Shown: positions 50,729 to 62,115 of the stretch, one piece after another
Layout: each line of letters begins with the position of its first letter
How positions within the stretch are numbered: position 1 is the stretch's first letter
NCBI RefSeq assembly: GCF_044704955.1
Contig: NC_091991.1
Span: 1,550,001-1,614,000 of the forward strand
Length of the DNA: 64,000 nt
Source: Pristiophorus japonicus
Taxonomy: Eukaryota
Direction of reading: 5' to 3'
Translations under genes and position numbers: made by a program
Notes under the pieces: generated by a model
Databases searched by the model: none
The model's input: the letters and a program-made list of their open reading frames with translations, nothing else
What the model was told of the DNA's origin: nothing

Positions 50729-51060
50729 CTGAAGAAAAAAAAGCTTTTATAAATACCAAGGTAAATGCATTTCAGTATATTATGTCAAAACATTTCGAAG
50801 AGACCCACTACTTCATACTTGCTCTCTGTAGACAGACTGAATGCCATCTTCGGAGCAGCAGCAGCATAAATGTTAGCATAACATTCAGAATGACCCTTCA
50901 GGGTGAAGTAATCTAGGCATTGTGTGTATTTGTCTCATACTAGATTTGGCGAACTGGGAGTCCTCCCAATTGAATACCAGAACAGTCATCAGGAAACCAC
51001 TTGGCAAGCAGCAAATGTTTGGAACGGAGATGATCTCAGATCTTTAAAACAAAATGTTAC

Positions 51061-51177
51061 CTTTGAAAAGGTCTTGTAGAAAGCTGTGTATTCATCCTCT
51101 TCTATTTCTTTAGTTGGTCTTTGCCAGATTGGTTTAATGTCATTCATCAGTTCCCAATCCCACACGGTCTTCTCAAC
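51061..51177 (-). CDS. HSP90B1: HSP90B1 exon 8
   Basis: [39 protein letters not shown]. Confidence 0.97.
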
Positions 51178-51189
51178 CTGCAAGAATTG

Positions 51190-51920
51190 GAAATTATAGC
51201 AGCACAGAAATAGGAATAGGTCATTCAGCCCCTCAAGGCTGTTCCACCTTTTAATTAGATCATGGCTGATCTGTTTAACTGCCACCTTGGTTCCATAACC
51301 CTTCAAAACCTTGCCCAACAAAAATATACCAATCTCAGCTTTCAAATGGTCAACTGACCAAGCCTCAACAACTTTGTGAGGAGTTCCAGGTTTCCACCAC
51401 CTTTTACATGACGTGCTTCCCGACATCACCCCTGAACAGTCTAGCTCTAATTTTAAAGATTGTGCCCCCTTTTCTGGATTCCCCAGCCAGAGAAAATAGT
51501 TTATCTATCTACCCTATTGAATCCTTTAATCATCTTAAAACAGTCCCCCCCCAACCCCCCTCAGGTCAATACAGCCTCCGAAGTGTGGTGCCCAGAACTC
51601 CAATATTTTTTGCATCTTGTCCACTAGAGTTTAGTGATTTCTGTACTGGGACCACCAAATCTCTGCTTGTGCAGTTTCTAGCTTCTCACCATCTTCAAGG
51701 GCCTTGAGTGGATGACCTCACTTTTCCACATCGAACTCCATCCGCTAGAGTTTTGCCCACTCAATCTATAAATGTCCCCATGCAACTTTCTATTCCCGTC
51801 TACGCTTGTTAATCTGCTACCTAACTTAGTGTCATAGCAGACTTCGAGATTATAGCTCTCTATTCTGCGATCCAAGTTATTCAGTGAATAGCCCCAGCTG
51901 AGGGATACCACTAGTCACAT
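51190..51920 (-). mobile_element. Decayed CR1 3' fragment
   Basis: 3' UTR-type AGGAATAGGTCATTCAGCCCCTCAAG and degenerate RT C-terminal sequence. Confidence 0.7.
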
Positions 51921-52380
51921 TCTGTCCCCTACCCCTGAGCAATTCCTTATCCCTAGTCTGTCCCCTACCCCCTGAGCAATTCCTTATCCCTAGTCTGTCT
52001 CCTACCCCCCGAGCAATTCCTTATCCCTTGTCTGTCCCCTACCCCCTGAGCAATTCCTTATCCCTAGTCTGTCCCCTACCTCCTGAGCAATTCCTTATCC
52101 CTAGTCTGTCCCCTACCCCCTGAGCAATTCCTTATCCCTAGTCTGTCTCCTACCCCCTGAGCAATTCCTTATCCCTTGTCTGTCCCCTACCCCCTGAGCA
52201 ATTCCTTATCCCTAGTCTGTCTCCTACCCCCTGAACAATTCCTTATCCCTAGTTTGTCTCCTACCCCCTGAGCAATTCCTTATCCCTAGTCTGTCCCCTA
52301 CCCCCTGAGCAATTCCTTATCCCTAGTCTGTCTCCTACCTCCTGAGCAATTCCTTATCCCTAGTCTGTCTCCTACCCTGT
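51920..52380. repeat. 37-bp minisatellite, about 12 copies
   Basis: Unit CTAGTCTGTC(C/T)CCTACCCCCTGAGCAATTCCTTATCC; period 37 (51953 to 51990). Confidence 0.96.
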
Positions 52381-52453
52381 CTACCTCCCGAGCTATTCCC
52401 GAGCCAAGCCAATTCTTTGAACATAACATTTTATGGCTTGAAAAGGTTCATAC

Positions 52454-52567
52454 CTTTTTAGTTTTTGCCTTCTTTTCTTCCTCTTCCTCTTCAACTGCCG
52501 CCTCATCATCAGTCTCTTCCTTTTCCTTAGTTTCCTCCTCATCCATTGGTTCCTCTACAGTTTCGGT
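52454..52567 (-). CDS. HSP90B1: HSP90B1 exon 7
   Basis: TETVEEPMDEEETKEKEETDDEAAVEEEEEEKKAKTKK (charged linker). Confidence 0.96.
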
Positions 52568-52590
52568 CTATTAAACAGAAGTTTTTGTTA

Positions 52591-52815
<225 letters not shown>

Positions 52816-52999
52816 TTAAAGCACCAAATTATCTGGTCAGGTTAATATCCTAGCAAATCTATAATATTGGCTTCATTAGCCAGTAATAGCAACTACACCC
52901 CCCAATACTTCCAGCCAGCCATTCCCTTCTCTTGCCTTAGTCCATCAAGGAAAGCTCTATGTTCCAAGCCCAAGCACACAACTTGAGTCACTAACTTAC

Positions 53000-53331
53000 G
53001 TGATAGTAGTTCCGCGTCCTAGTGTATTTCCTCGTGGATCCTCTATTATAGAGAACTCATTGGAGTCAGATTCCCAGATGTGCTGTGTACCATTGTTGTG
53101 CTTAGAGGTGACAATAACCTTATCTGCGACTAAGAAAGCAGAATAGAATCCAACACCAAACTGACCAATCAGCTCAGAGGTAGACTGGTCCTCACTTTGC
53201 ATCTCAGTCAGCTTATTTAAGAATTCACTTGTTCCAGACTTTGCAATTGTGCCAAGGTTTTTAATCAGCTCATCCTTAGTCATGCCAATGCCTGTATCTG
53301 TGACATGTAGCATGTTCTTCTCTTTGTCAGC
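53000..53331 (-). CDS. HSP90B1: HSP90B1 exon 5
   Basis: [18 protein letters not shown]...GTIAKSGT...[15 protein letters not shown]...GRGTTIT (GHKL ATPase motifs). Confidence 0.98.
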
Positions 53332-54216
53332 CTAGGGAGAAAGCAAAGTCCTTAACTATAAATAGTGCATCACCAAACCATTACTATATTTTTATCTGCA
53401 CCAGTTCAAGATGATAATTCACTGATCAGGAAACTAAGTTTGATCTTCTGTCTTTCTCGCTATCCTAAGCAATGTTTAGAAACTAAAAAGGGGTCCCCAA
53501 TCACCTTCATGCTACTGGTAGGGTGCATTAAAAACTCAAAACTGTACTGTTCACAGAACATGTTACATGCCACCAAACCTCATCTCCCAGCAAATTATCC
53601 TCCAAGTACCACTAAAACAAATTTAGGCTTTGTAGGCATAATGTGTCAACTAGAAGTATTATGGATGGGAAGAAAAGACAACTCTCGCTATGCAGGTCAA
53701 AAGAGTAGCTCCAGCACACTTAATGCACAAACAGTAATACTGCAATTTTCTTTATGGAGGGTGACTAAGTATAACACCCATATGAAAGTGGCAGAACTCA
53801 GGAGCCAAGCCCTAATCTTACAAGCACACCAAATGTAAATGGCGAGGAACAGAAGAAATAGGAGCAGGAGTTGGCCATCTGGCCCCTCAAGCCTGCTCTG
53901 CCATTCAATAAGATCATGGTTGATCCAATCTTGGCTTCAACTCCACTTCCCTGCCCACTCCTCATAACCCTCGACTCCCAGGAGGCCATATGACACCACT
54001 GAGTGATGGTACACGCTATAATCCCATGCCAGTCTAGATTGTGTGTGCCCAATGTGTCTCTACTGCTTGAGAAAACAGTTGCACTCCAAAGTTAAGACAG
54101 CTAGGGAGTCTTTAGTTTACTAAAGGTCTGATCAAAATCCTGACTAGAGTAAATCATCAGTTAATTCAGCAGAATTTTATTACAATCCAAATCAAATTTA
54201 ATGAATGAAAGCACAC

Positions 54217-54333
54217 CTTTATCTTTATAGTCATCTCTTCTGTGGCTTCGAGTGCACCATCATTTGTTAGAGATATCAACCGAATCTTGTCCAGAGCATC
54301 AGAAGCATTGGAAATCAATTCACGTAGAAATAT
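54217..54333 (-). CDS. HSP90B1: HSP90B1 exon 4
   Basis: [39 protein letters not shown]. Confidence 0.97.
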
Positions 54334-54620
54334 CTGGTAACAACCATAAACATTAAGTTAACATTCTGTATCCAAATATATATTTAGCTTAAAATGCATA
54401 TGCACTGACTGGTATTTATGAACTTGACACTAGTATCCAGCTGTTGCAAACTTCAAATGTTACTAATCTGCTGTATTATAATGCACTACTTGCCTTGTTT
54501 ATCAGGACACCACAGCTATTATCAGGGAATAATGGACACAAGTCTAAGCCAAGTACCTTGAAGTCAACTTCAGAAACTGCAAAACAGCAGGGTGAAGTTC
54601 ATTTAAAAATAAAAACTCAC

Positions 54621-54762
54621 CTCTTTGTTTTTGTAAAGAGAATTAATGATTAACTTCATCATTCTGTTAACCTCTGCTTGGAACAGAAACTTTTCAGCCT
54701 TTTCCCTAATTTCCTTAACTTGAGCAGGATTCAATCCATCTAACTGGATAGCTTCTTCCTCC
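54621..54762 (-). CDS. HSP90B1: HSP90B1 exon 3
   Basis: [47 protein letters not shown]. Confidence 0.97.
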
Positions 54763-55678
54763 CTACAAAAAACACAAGAGGGAGGCAGTTAGATTCAGTT
54801 ATTTGCAACATTTTAGTTTTCAATAGATCAAAATACTTAATATTGCATATTTAAGAGGACAGTATTTCCCATTTCCTGTTCAAAATGACAAAACCACAAA
54901 GACTTCCTTGAAATTTAAGCTTCCGTGGAGTTCACCAGCTCAACTCTCCTTCCCTTCCAATTCCAGCATCCAGGATTGGGTCCATTTGTTTGGAGTTTGA
55001 CTGGCCTAGGTGCTGATCTGGAGCTATGTGATTATGAAACTAAGATACTGATCAAGTGTAGTGCATACTATAAAGATGTTTTTGCCAAGGTTACATGGCT
55101 GGAGATCAGCTCCAAGGTCAGTCTGAATTCTAGCCATTAAAATGAAAAAATTCTCACTAAACTCTGAAATATGGAAAGTGCACACTAGTGGAATTAAGCC
55201 AAATGGCACAATGTCAAACAAACAGCAGACAACGTTCCCGACTAATGGATTTGTAGCTAGATACTATAGTAGTAGTATACTGCCCAAAAACTTTCCTTCT
55301 CCTTTGATGCTATTGAGGTCATGCAAGAACATGTGAATAGTATTCTCATTACAAAAGTCCAAGAGGTATACGGATACCAAGTGATCTTTGTTTCCATCAG
55401 TGTATTGCTCAAGTGTTAAGTGCATTGCACAAACCACCAAAATTATAGTATCATCCATCTTGTTCTCAAGATGTGGACAACATTGCCCATCCTTGAATCA
55501 ATTAAGTGTGGCACTGGAGTCACATTATCCCCTTTCCTTTACAGACCTTACTTGGTACAATCCTGCAGCTTTCATGGTCATTTTCTAGTAGCAGACAAAT
55601 TCACAGATAAATTGAACTTGATAACCCCAGATTGCTAGTTTCGCACCACAACCACTAGAATATAGCCACCACCAATAC

Positions 55679-55766
55679 CTTTTAACAACTTCATCGTCTG
55701 TTCGGGATCCATCCCTGCTTTTGCCCAGATCTTCCTCTATCGTCTCATCTTCTGCTCTAACGAAAG
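55679..55766 (-). CDS. HSP90B1: HSP90B1 exon 2
   Basis: [28 protein letters not shown]; phase 1 to 2. Confidence 0.95.
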
Positions 55767-56089
55767 CTGGAAAAGAGAAGGGCAGTTGTTAAAAGCATCT
55801 GGCAGTAAGTCACCCATCAGGAACACCCTTAAGAATGAACCCACACAGTAACAGATTTCTAAAAACATGGAACAACCTTCCTCCCAAGTTCAAGTGACAT
55901 TGTTGGGGGGGGGGGCAGATCCCTGAAAAGAGGGAGGTGTAACTGGAATCCGAGATTTAACGCTCAGGAGCCACCAGAGCAGGGAGGAGCGACTCACTTC
56001 CCGACTCCCCTCCCCCTCGATGGTAACCAACTGGCCCATGGGTCAGCCTGGGGACAGGATTGGTGGGGAATATGGAAGGGGGAGAATAA

Positions 56090-57262
56090 CGTGGGAGACG
56101 GGATCTGGGGGGGGGGGGGGGGGCAACAGATAGGATGGGGGAGGGGGAAAAAACAGTGAGGGGGCAGTGATTGGAGGGACATCGGGGGAACGGCGAGGGG
56201 GGGCAGGGATCGGGGGGAAATGGCCAGGGGGCGGAGATCGGGTGGGGGCAGCGAGGGGAGGGGGAACGGCGAGGGGGAGGAATGGCGAGGGGAATGGCAG
56301 GGGGGGGGGGGGGGAGGCGAGGATCGGGGGGACGTGGACAAGGGAGAGGGGGGGAATGGCGAGGATCAGGGAGAGAAATGGCGAGATGGCAGGGATGGGG
56401 GGGGGGAGAAGAGAGAGAATGGTGAGGGGGCAGGGGAGAGAAAGGCGAAGGGGGGAGTGAAAGGCGAAGGGGGGAGGGATGGCGAGGGAGCAGGGATCGG
56501 GGGGGGGGGGGGGGTGGGAGATGGCGAGGGGGGAATGGCGGGGATCGGATCGGGCGGGGGAATGTCGGGGGTGAGATTGGGATCCGGGGGGGGGGGGGGG
56601 GGGGGTAATGGCAGGGATCGAATGGCGAGCGATCGGGGGAGGAAATGGCAAGGGGGGGCGATCGGGGGGGGGAGGGAAATGGCAGGGGGGGGGCAGGGAT
56701 CGGAGGGAATGGCGGGGGGGCAAGGATCGGGGAGGGAGAATGTCGGGGGGGCGAAGATCGGGGGTGGGGAATGTCGGGGGGGGGCGGGATTGGGATGGGG
56801 GGTAATGGTGGGGATCGAATGGCGAGTGTGGGGGGGGGAAATAGCGAGGGGGGCCGGGGGGGGGAGGGAAATGGCGAGGGGGGCCCGGGGGGGGGGGGAA
56901 ATGGCGAGGGGGGCCGGGGGGGGAAATGGCGAGGGGGGGCCGGGGGGGGAAATGGCGAGGGGGGGCCGGGAATGGCAAGGGGGGGCCGGGAATGGCAAGG
57001 GGGGGCCGGGGGGAATGGCGAGGTGGGCCGGGGGGTTTACCTGAGGTGCGGGGAGATGGCGAGGGGGGGGGAATGGCGAGGGGGGCCGGGGGGGGAAATG
57101 GCGAGGGGGGGCCGGGAATGGCGAGGTGGGCCGGGGGTTTACCTGAGGTGCGGGGAGATGGCGAGGGGCGGGGGGTCAGTGGTGGTAGTAGTTTTGCCTG
57201 GGGCTGGAGGTGGGGGGGGGGGGGGAAAGAGGTTTGCCTTGGGCGGGGGGAGGGAAGGGGAA
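56090..57262. repeat. G-rich degenerate tandem repeat in HSP90B1 intron 1
   Basis: Dozens of AATGGCGAG(G)n and GGATCG(G)n units, with extreme G skew on the plus strand. Confidence 0.92.
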
Positions 57263-57484
57263 CCTATCACCCACCCCACCCCACACATTTCACGGCCTGC
57301 TTGTCCCAGTCAGCAGCGCGGGAGGGGAGGCTGAGGCGGCCGAGACTATGGAACGAAGGAGGAGCGAAGCAAAAGGTCAGGGTGAAGAACGGGCGCAGCG
57401 CGGGCCGGGCCGGGCCGGGCCCCTCACCGGCCGTCGAGCGGCGGGAAGATTCCAGAAAGGCTACGCGGTGCCCCCGGCACTTAC

Positions 57485-57533
57485 CGAACGCCAAGAGCGC
57501 GCACAGCAGCGCCGCAGCCCAGGCCTGCTTCAT
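57485..57533 (-). CDS. HSP90B1: HSP90B1 exon 1 (signal peptide)
   Basis: ATCATGA start; MKQAWAAALLCALLAF; donor GTAAGT; 49 coding nt. Confidence 0.93.
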
Positions 57534-57799
57534 GATCGGGCGGGCGGGCCGGCCACTTGTGTTTTCTCCCTCACACGACTTCGTCCCCCTTGGTACCGTC
57601 GAACGCGAGGTTTGCGAGGCTGCTTTTCCCCGGGGCTGCCCGCTCTCTCTCACACACCGCCCGCCGTGTGCCGTGTGCCGTGTACCGTGTGCCGTGCGCC
57701 TCTCACTCGCCGCCCGCCCGCCGCCGCCTGACGGACTCTTCAATAAAAGCGACTGAAGGCGGGCAGGGGGGGGCGGGGCCAGCACCAGCGCTCGGCCGG

Positions 57800-57922
57800 C
57801 CAACCGCAGCCGACCACGGCAAAAAGCACCCGCCAATCGGAAAGCGCTGCGAAAACTCCTCCGCCAATCGTCGCCTTCCATGTACCATATCCTACGTCGG
57901 GAGCGTGGCTCGCCCCGATTGG
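57800..57922. promoter_or_regulatory. ER stress response element (ERSE) cluster of the HSP90B1 promoter
   Basis: Perfect CCAAT-N9-CCACG on the minus strand at 57904-57922; variants CCAAC-N9-CCACG (57800-57818), CCAAT-N9-CTGCG (57833-57851) and CCAAT-N9-CCATG (57864-57882); GC box near 57770. Confidence 0.9.
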
Positions 57923-58140
57923 TGGAGGAGCAGGCCGCGCCGCGCCGCGCCGCCATCAAAGCGTGGACCGTTTTTTTATTGTCGCTTTACGGGTTTATTT
58001 TTTGTTGCGGTGAGGCTGTAATTAATCCTCGGTGAGAATCATTCTTTTTCGAAAAGAAGAAAAAGTGCATCTTTTGATTTTTATGAAGAGCCTCTCTTTT
58101 GATTTACGTCCGGGGTTGTCCGAGCCGGCGCTCCGGACCG

Positions 58141-58169
58141 CTTACCTTGGAGACGGTTGCGATGGTAAC
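58141..58169. promoter_or_regulatory. Tandem RFX X-box-like motifs, putative TTC41 promoter
   Basis: GTTGCGATGGTAAC (58156-58169) and CTTACCTTGGAGAC (58141-58154) versus consensus GTTGCCATGGCAAC. Confidence 0.65.
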
Positions 58170-58609
58170 GGGCGGTGTGCGAGGCGAGGGCCGCAGGCAG
58201 CAGCAGAGCTCCCCGGCGCTGGAAGATGTTGTTTCTGCTCTTTGAACAAATGTCAGATTCAAAGTAATCTGAAATTATACAGAAGCAAACAGACGCTGTA
58301 AATCTGAAATATAAGCAACAAAAGCAGGAAATACGCTCCGCAGGTCAGGCATGGAAACATGGAAAATAGGTGCAGGAGTAGGCCATTCGGCCCTTCGAGC
58401 CTGCACCGCCATTCAGTGGGATCATGGCTGATCATCCCCTTTCCTGCTTTCTCTCCATACCCCTTGGTCCCTTTAGTCGTAAGGGCCACGCCACATCTGT
58501 ACAGAGAGAAACAGAGTGAGCGATTCTGTAATCTCCTGCAGCCCCACAGCCCTGAGATCCCTGTTCTCCTCCAATTCTGGCCTTGAGCACCTCTGATTAT
58601 AATCGCCTC

Positions 58610-58978
58610 ACCTAAGTTCCTACAGGGCTTGACAGAGTAGATGCAGGGAGGGTGTTTCCCCCCGGGCTGGGGAGTCTGGAACCAGGGGCCACAGTCTCAG
58701 GATAAGGGGTCGGCCATTTGAGACAGGGATGAGGAGAAACTTCTTCACTCAGAGGGTGGTGAATCTTTGGAATTCTCTGCCCCAGAGGGCTGTGGATGCT
58801 CAGTCTTTGAATATATTCAAGACAGAGATCGATAGATTTTTGGCTATTAAGGAAATCAAAGGATATGGGGACAGTGCAGGAAAATGGAATTGAGGTCGAA
58901 GATCAGTTATGATCTCATGGAATGGCGGAGCAGGCTCGAGGGGCCGAATGGCCTACTTGTGTTCCTAATTCTTATGTT
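58610..58978 (+). mobile_element. CR1 3' fragment inserted in an L2 fragment
   Basis: RT C-terminal sequence and 3' UTR; L2 at 58525-58610 resumes at 58978-59175. Confidence 0.82.
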
Positions 58979-59447
58979 CTGGAATTCTCTCCATAAATCT
59001 CTCCTCTTTCCTCCTTTAAGACGCTCCTTAAAACCTATTTCTTGGACCAAGCTTATGGTCACCTGTCCTAATATCTCCTTAAATGGTTCAGTGTCAAATT
59101 TTGTTTGATAATCGCTCCTGTGAAGCGCCTTGGGACGTTTTACTACGTTAAAGGCACTATATAAATGAATGTTGTTTTCTGTTTAAATTGAAATTATATA
59201 GTACATGTTTTTAATCTTACAAATGTAAGAAGAAAGGACTGGGGTGGGGGAGAAAAAAATCTTAGCCAGATCAGATTACATAGGAACTTTTATAAGGCAA
59301 TTAGACATGTACATGAAGAGGACTAATTTTCAGGGTTATGGGGAAAAGCTGAGGGTCTAATTGGATCGCTCTTTCAAAAAGCTGTCACAGAGACACGATA
59401 GGCTGAATGGCCTCCTCCTGTGCTGTAAGATTCTATGGCTAAGATAT

Positions 59448-60074
59448 AGGTGACCTTACCGCCTACTGCCGCCGACTGCCGCCGAGTTTTGCTGCCGGTT
59501 TCCCCTCTTTGCCATTTTCCACTTGGGCTGGAGTGGGCGGGAGGGGAGTACCGCCGGGAACTGCCCGCTGACGTCCTCTGGCGGCCAAGTAGCGTAAATG
59601 GCCTCCCGCCCGTCGAGCTGCCTGATTGGTACGGGCGGGAGTTGGCACCAGCAGAGGGAATGAACGCTGTGTGGAGGCTGGTCTGACCCCGACGGTAAGT
59701 ACGAAGAACGGACAAAAAGGTTAGTGAACATATTTTAAAAATATTTTTTACAGTGACTTAACTGGAGTCCCCTGAAGACATTACAGTATTTTTATTTTGT
59801 TTGCTATAATTTTTATTTACAGGTCTTCACCCTCCCTGGGCCTGACTCCATCCTCAGCGGCACTTGGGCGGCAAGAGCCTTTGCCGCCGAGATTGAGAGC
59901 TCCCGCCCGCTGCCACCCAGATTGACGACGTAAGCCACTGTTTGGCCGCTGGCCGGTACTGCCATCTCTTTTAGAGGAATCTTCCAGGTAAAGTACCGCC
60001 CGGTCTCTCGGCGGCCATCGGCGGTCCTTTGGGCGGCACTTGGGCGGACCTTGGCTTCGACCGAGTTCGGGCCC
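59448..60074. mobile_element. GC-rich non-autonomous DNA transposon, probably Harbinger-like
   Basis: CpG-rich block ending CCGAGTTCGGGCCC|TAT, similar to the GGGCCC|TTA terminus at 39834; repeated GCCGCC/GGCGGC subterminal motifs. Confidence 0.5.
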
Positions 60075-61179
60075 TATGATTCTATGGCAATGCATTGTCG
60101 CAGAGATGTCAGGATACGCATACATGGAGGTTTGAAGAAGTATAACCAGATCCGGTTTGCAACTGATTAGTGTTTGTAAAGTTGCATCTATGTGAATTGT
60201 ATGGTCATTTAGCACCAGTGAAACAGTTGTGCCATCTTTATCCTAATGAGAAGGCTGAGGAGTGACCTGAGGAGAGTCTTTAAAATTATGAAATGTTTTG
60301 ATAGAGTAGACGCAGAGGGGGTAATTTCCTGGGGATTCAGCTGGTGCGATAGGTGGCAGGTTGGGTGGGGCATATTTGTTTTTGATAGTGTCAACCTGCT
60401 GCCACACTCCTTTACCAAATCTCGAGTCTGTCGGCACTGAGCAGACCTGACACGCAACGGCGAGGAAGGCAATTGAAATCATTAGTAGCTTGTTTACAAC
60501 CACTTAACAACACCTTTTTTCTAGCTTTTTGAATTTGATAGGTGGCCCACCAGTTTCCCGCTGTGCCTAGACCTCATCAGTGAAGCTGAGGCAGGAGATC
60601 ACTTGCCATTGTTTCAGCTGATGAGTTGACTGCTTCAAATGTCAAGTCAAAACTCCCAGCTGATTGAGAAATGTTCCCTTGACCAATAGCTTCTCTAAAC
60701 TGCATTTCCATCACCGATTCATAATGCTGCAAGTCTTTACACAAGTTTCCATCCAGTCTGACCTCATTACCTCTCCCACCATTGATAGATCACTTCTGTC
60801 ATCTCCACTTTGCCTGCCACCTATTCCTTATGTTCTTGTGAAATAAATGGCTTCCAACTGCCCTTTTATAACGTACTTTATTTATGTTATTCTATTTTGG
60901 TAGCTGTGAAGAAGCTGATGTCACCAGCAACATGGAATCCAAATTAGCATGCAAGGAATGCTGAGCCAATTCAAAGAACCAAATTTGTTTCACATCTCTG
61001 ATGGAAGTGCTGCAGAAAGTTGGTGAAAATGTATATAAACAAGATGGCTGTATATAATTCCATTGTACAACTTTAAGGGAAAAGTCGCTAGAATTCTAAG
61101 ATAGAAAGGAACATATTGAAAGTAGTGCTCAATCTTTATATTAAAAGCAACTTGAGGAATTATTTCAAAATTTTCAACA

Positions 61180-61969
61180 ATGCGTACAGTGAGTAAATGT
61201 TTAAAAGCATCGAGCAACTATCTTGCGCGCCAGCCCGATTCTATCCATCGACCACCCATTGAGGTACTTCTCTGTTCAACATTAGAGGATTTTCAAGAGG
61301 AAAGAAATTATTTGGCAAATGAAGTTTTTCCTCTTCTAAGAGAACTCTGTAGTACTAGAAGAAGCTGCTTTAAAGTATTAGATATGCAGTGGACCCCACA
61401 TGAAGGACATTGTCAGCAGAACACAGATTCCCACCAGCTAAAGATTACACTAGACTTCATTACCAAATGCTCACCATTCTTCCTCTGCATGTTAGGTCAG
61501 AAATATGGTGAGTACTGCCCACCGGATGCAGAGTGCCTTCTGACGAGGGAGTCGGACTTTCAAGGTTTATCCCAGGTTGAAAGGAATATATATATCGCAG
61601 CAAAAAATGGCTATTCTTGGATATTGCACGGAGATTATCAAACTTGCAGTCTGTTGGAGCTGGAGATCATAGAAGCAGCTCTTCTAAATTACTCTGAGTT
61701 CAGCTTCTTTTATTTCCGAGATTCCCGCTATGCTGATGATATACTTCTCAATGTCCCGCAGAATGAAACGGGGCTGGTAGAGCGTAAGTATAAAAGTAGA
61801 GATCATTACGAAGAACAGAGGATAAGGAGGCTGAAAGAAAAGATAGTCAATAAAGGATTACGTGTCACATTTTTTAGAACAATAGAAGAACTAGGAGAAG
61901 CAGTCTTAAAAGACTGGAGCGATGTCATTAACAAGTTGTATCCCATGGATTTAGTTCCTTTGTATACAG
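61180..61969 (+). CDS. TTC41: Tetratricopeptide repeat protein 41 (GRP94-neighbouring gene), first coding exon, DUF4062-like domain
   Basis: Open 263-codon frame with CSTLEDFQEERNYL, PFFLCMLGQKYG and SLLELEIIEA motifs; donor CAG|GTACGT at 61969/61970; head-to-head with HSP90B1 as in mammals. Confidence 0.85.
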
Positions 61970-62115
61970 GTACGTGCACCACGTAAGAGGACCAAGTACA
62001 GGTCTATTCTTGGCTTAGCTGTTAACACAATTGGGCACTGCTGTTACTGAAACAACCGCTTATTGAAGGTCAGGGATTGGAATGCACTGAAAGAATATCG
62101 AAAATGGGGTACAGC

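Noticed and set aside
51920-52380. 37-bp repeats as a CRISPR array
   Set aside because: Units are head-to-tail with no unique spacers, there are no cas genes, and the context is a vertebrate intron
55994-58021. Long Pro/Gly/Arg-rich ORFs (up to 311 aa)
   Set aside because: They arise from stop-poor G-rich repeat and CpG island sequence; only 57485-57533 is coding
60315-60680. Possible MITE with AGGGGGTAATTTCC / GAGAAATGTTCCCT ends
   Set aside because: The terminal match is too weak and no TSD was found
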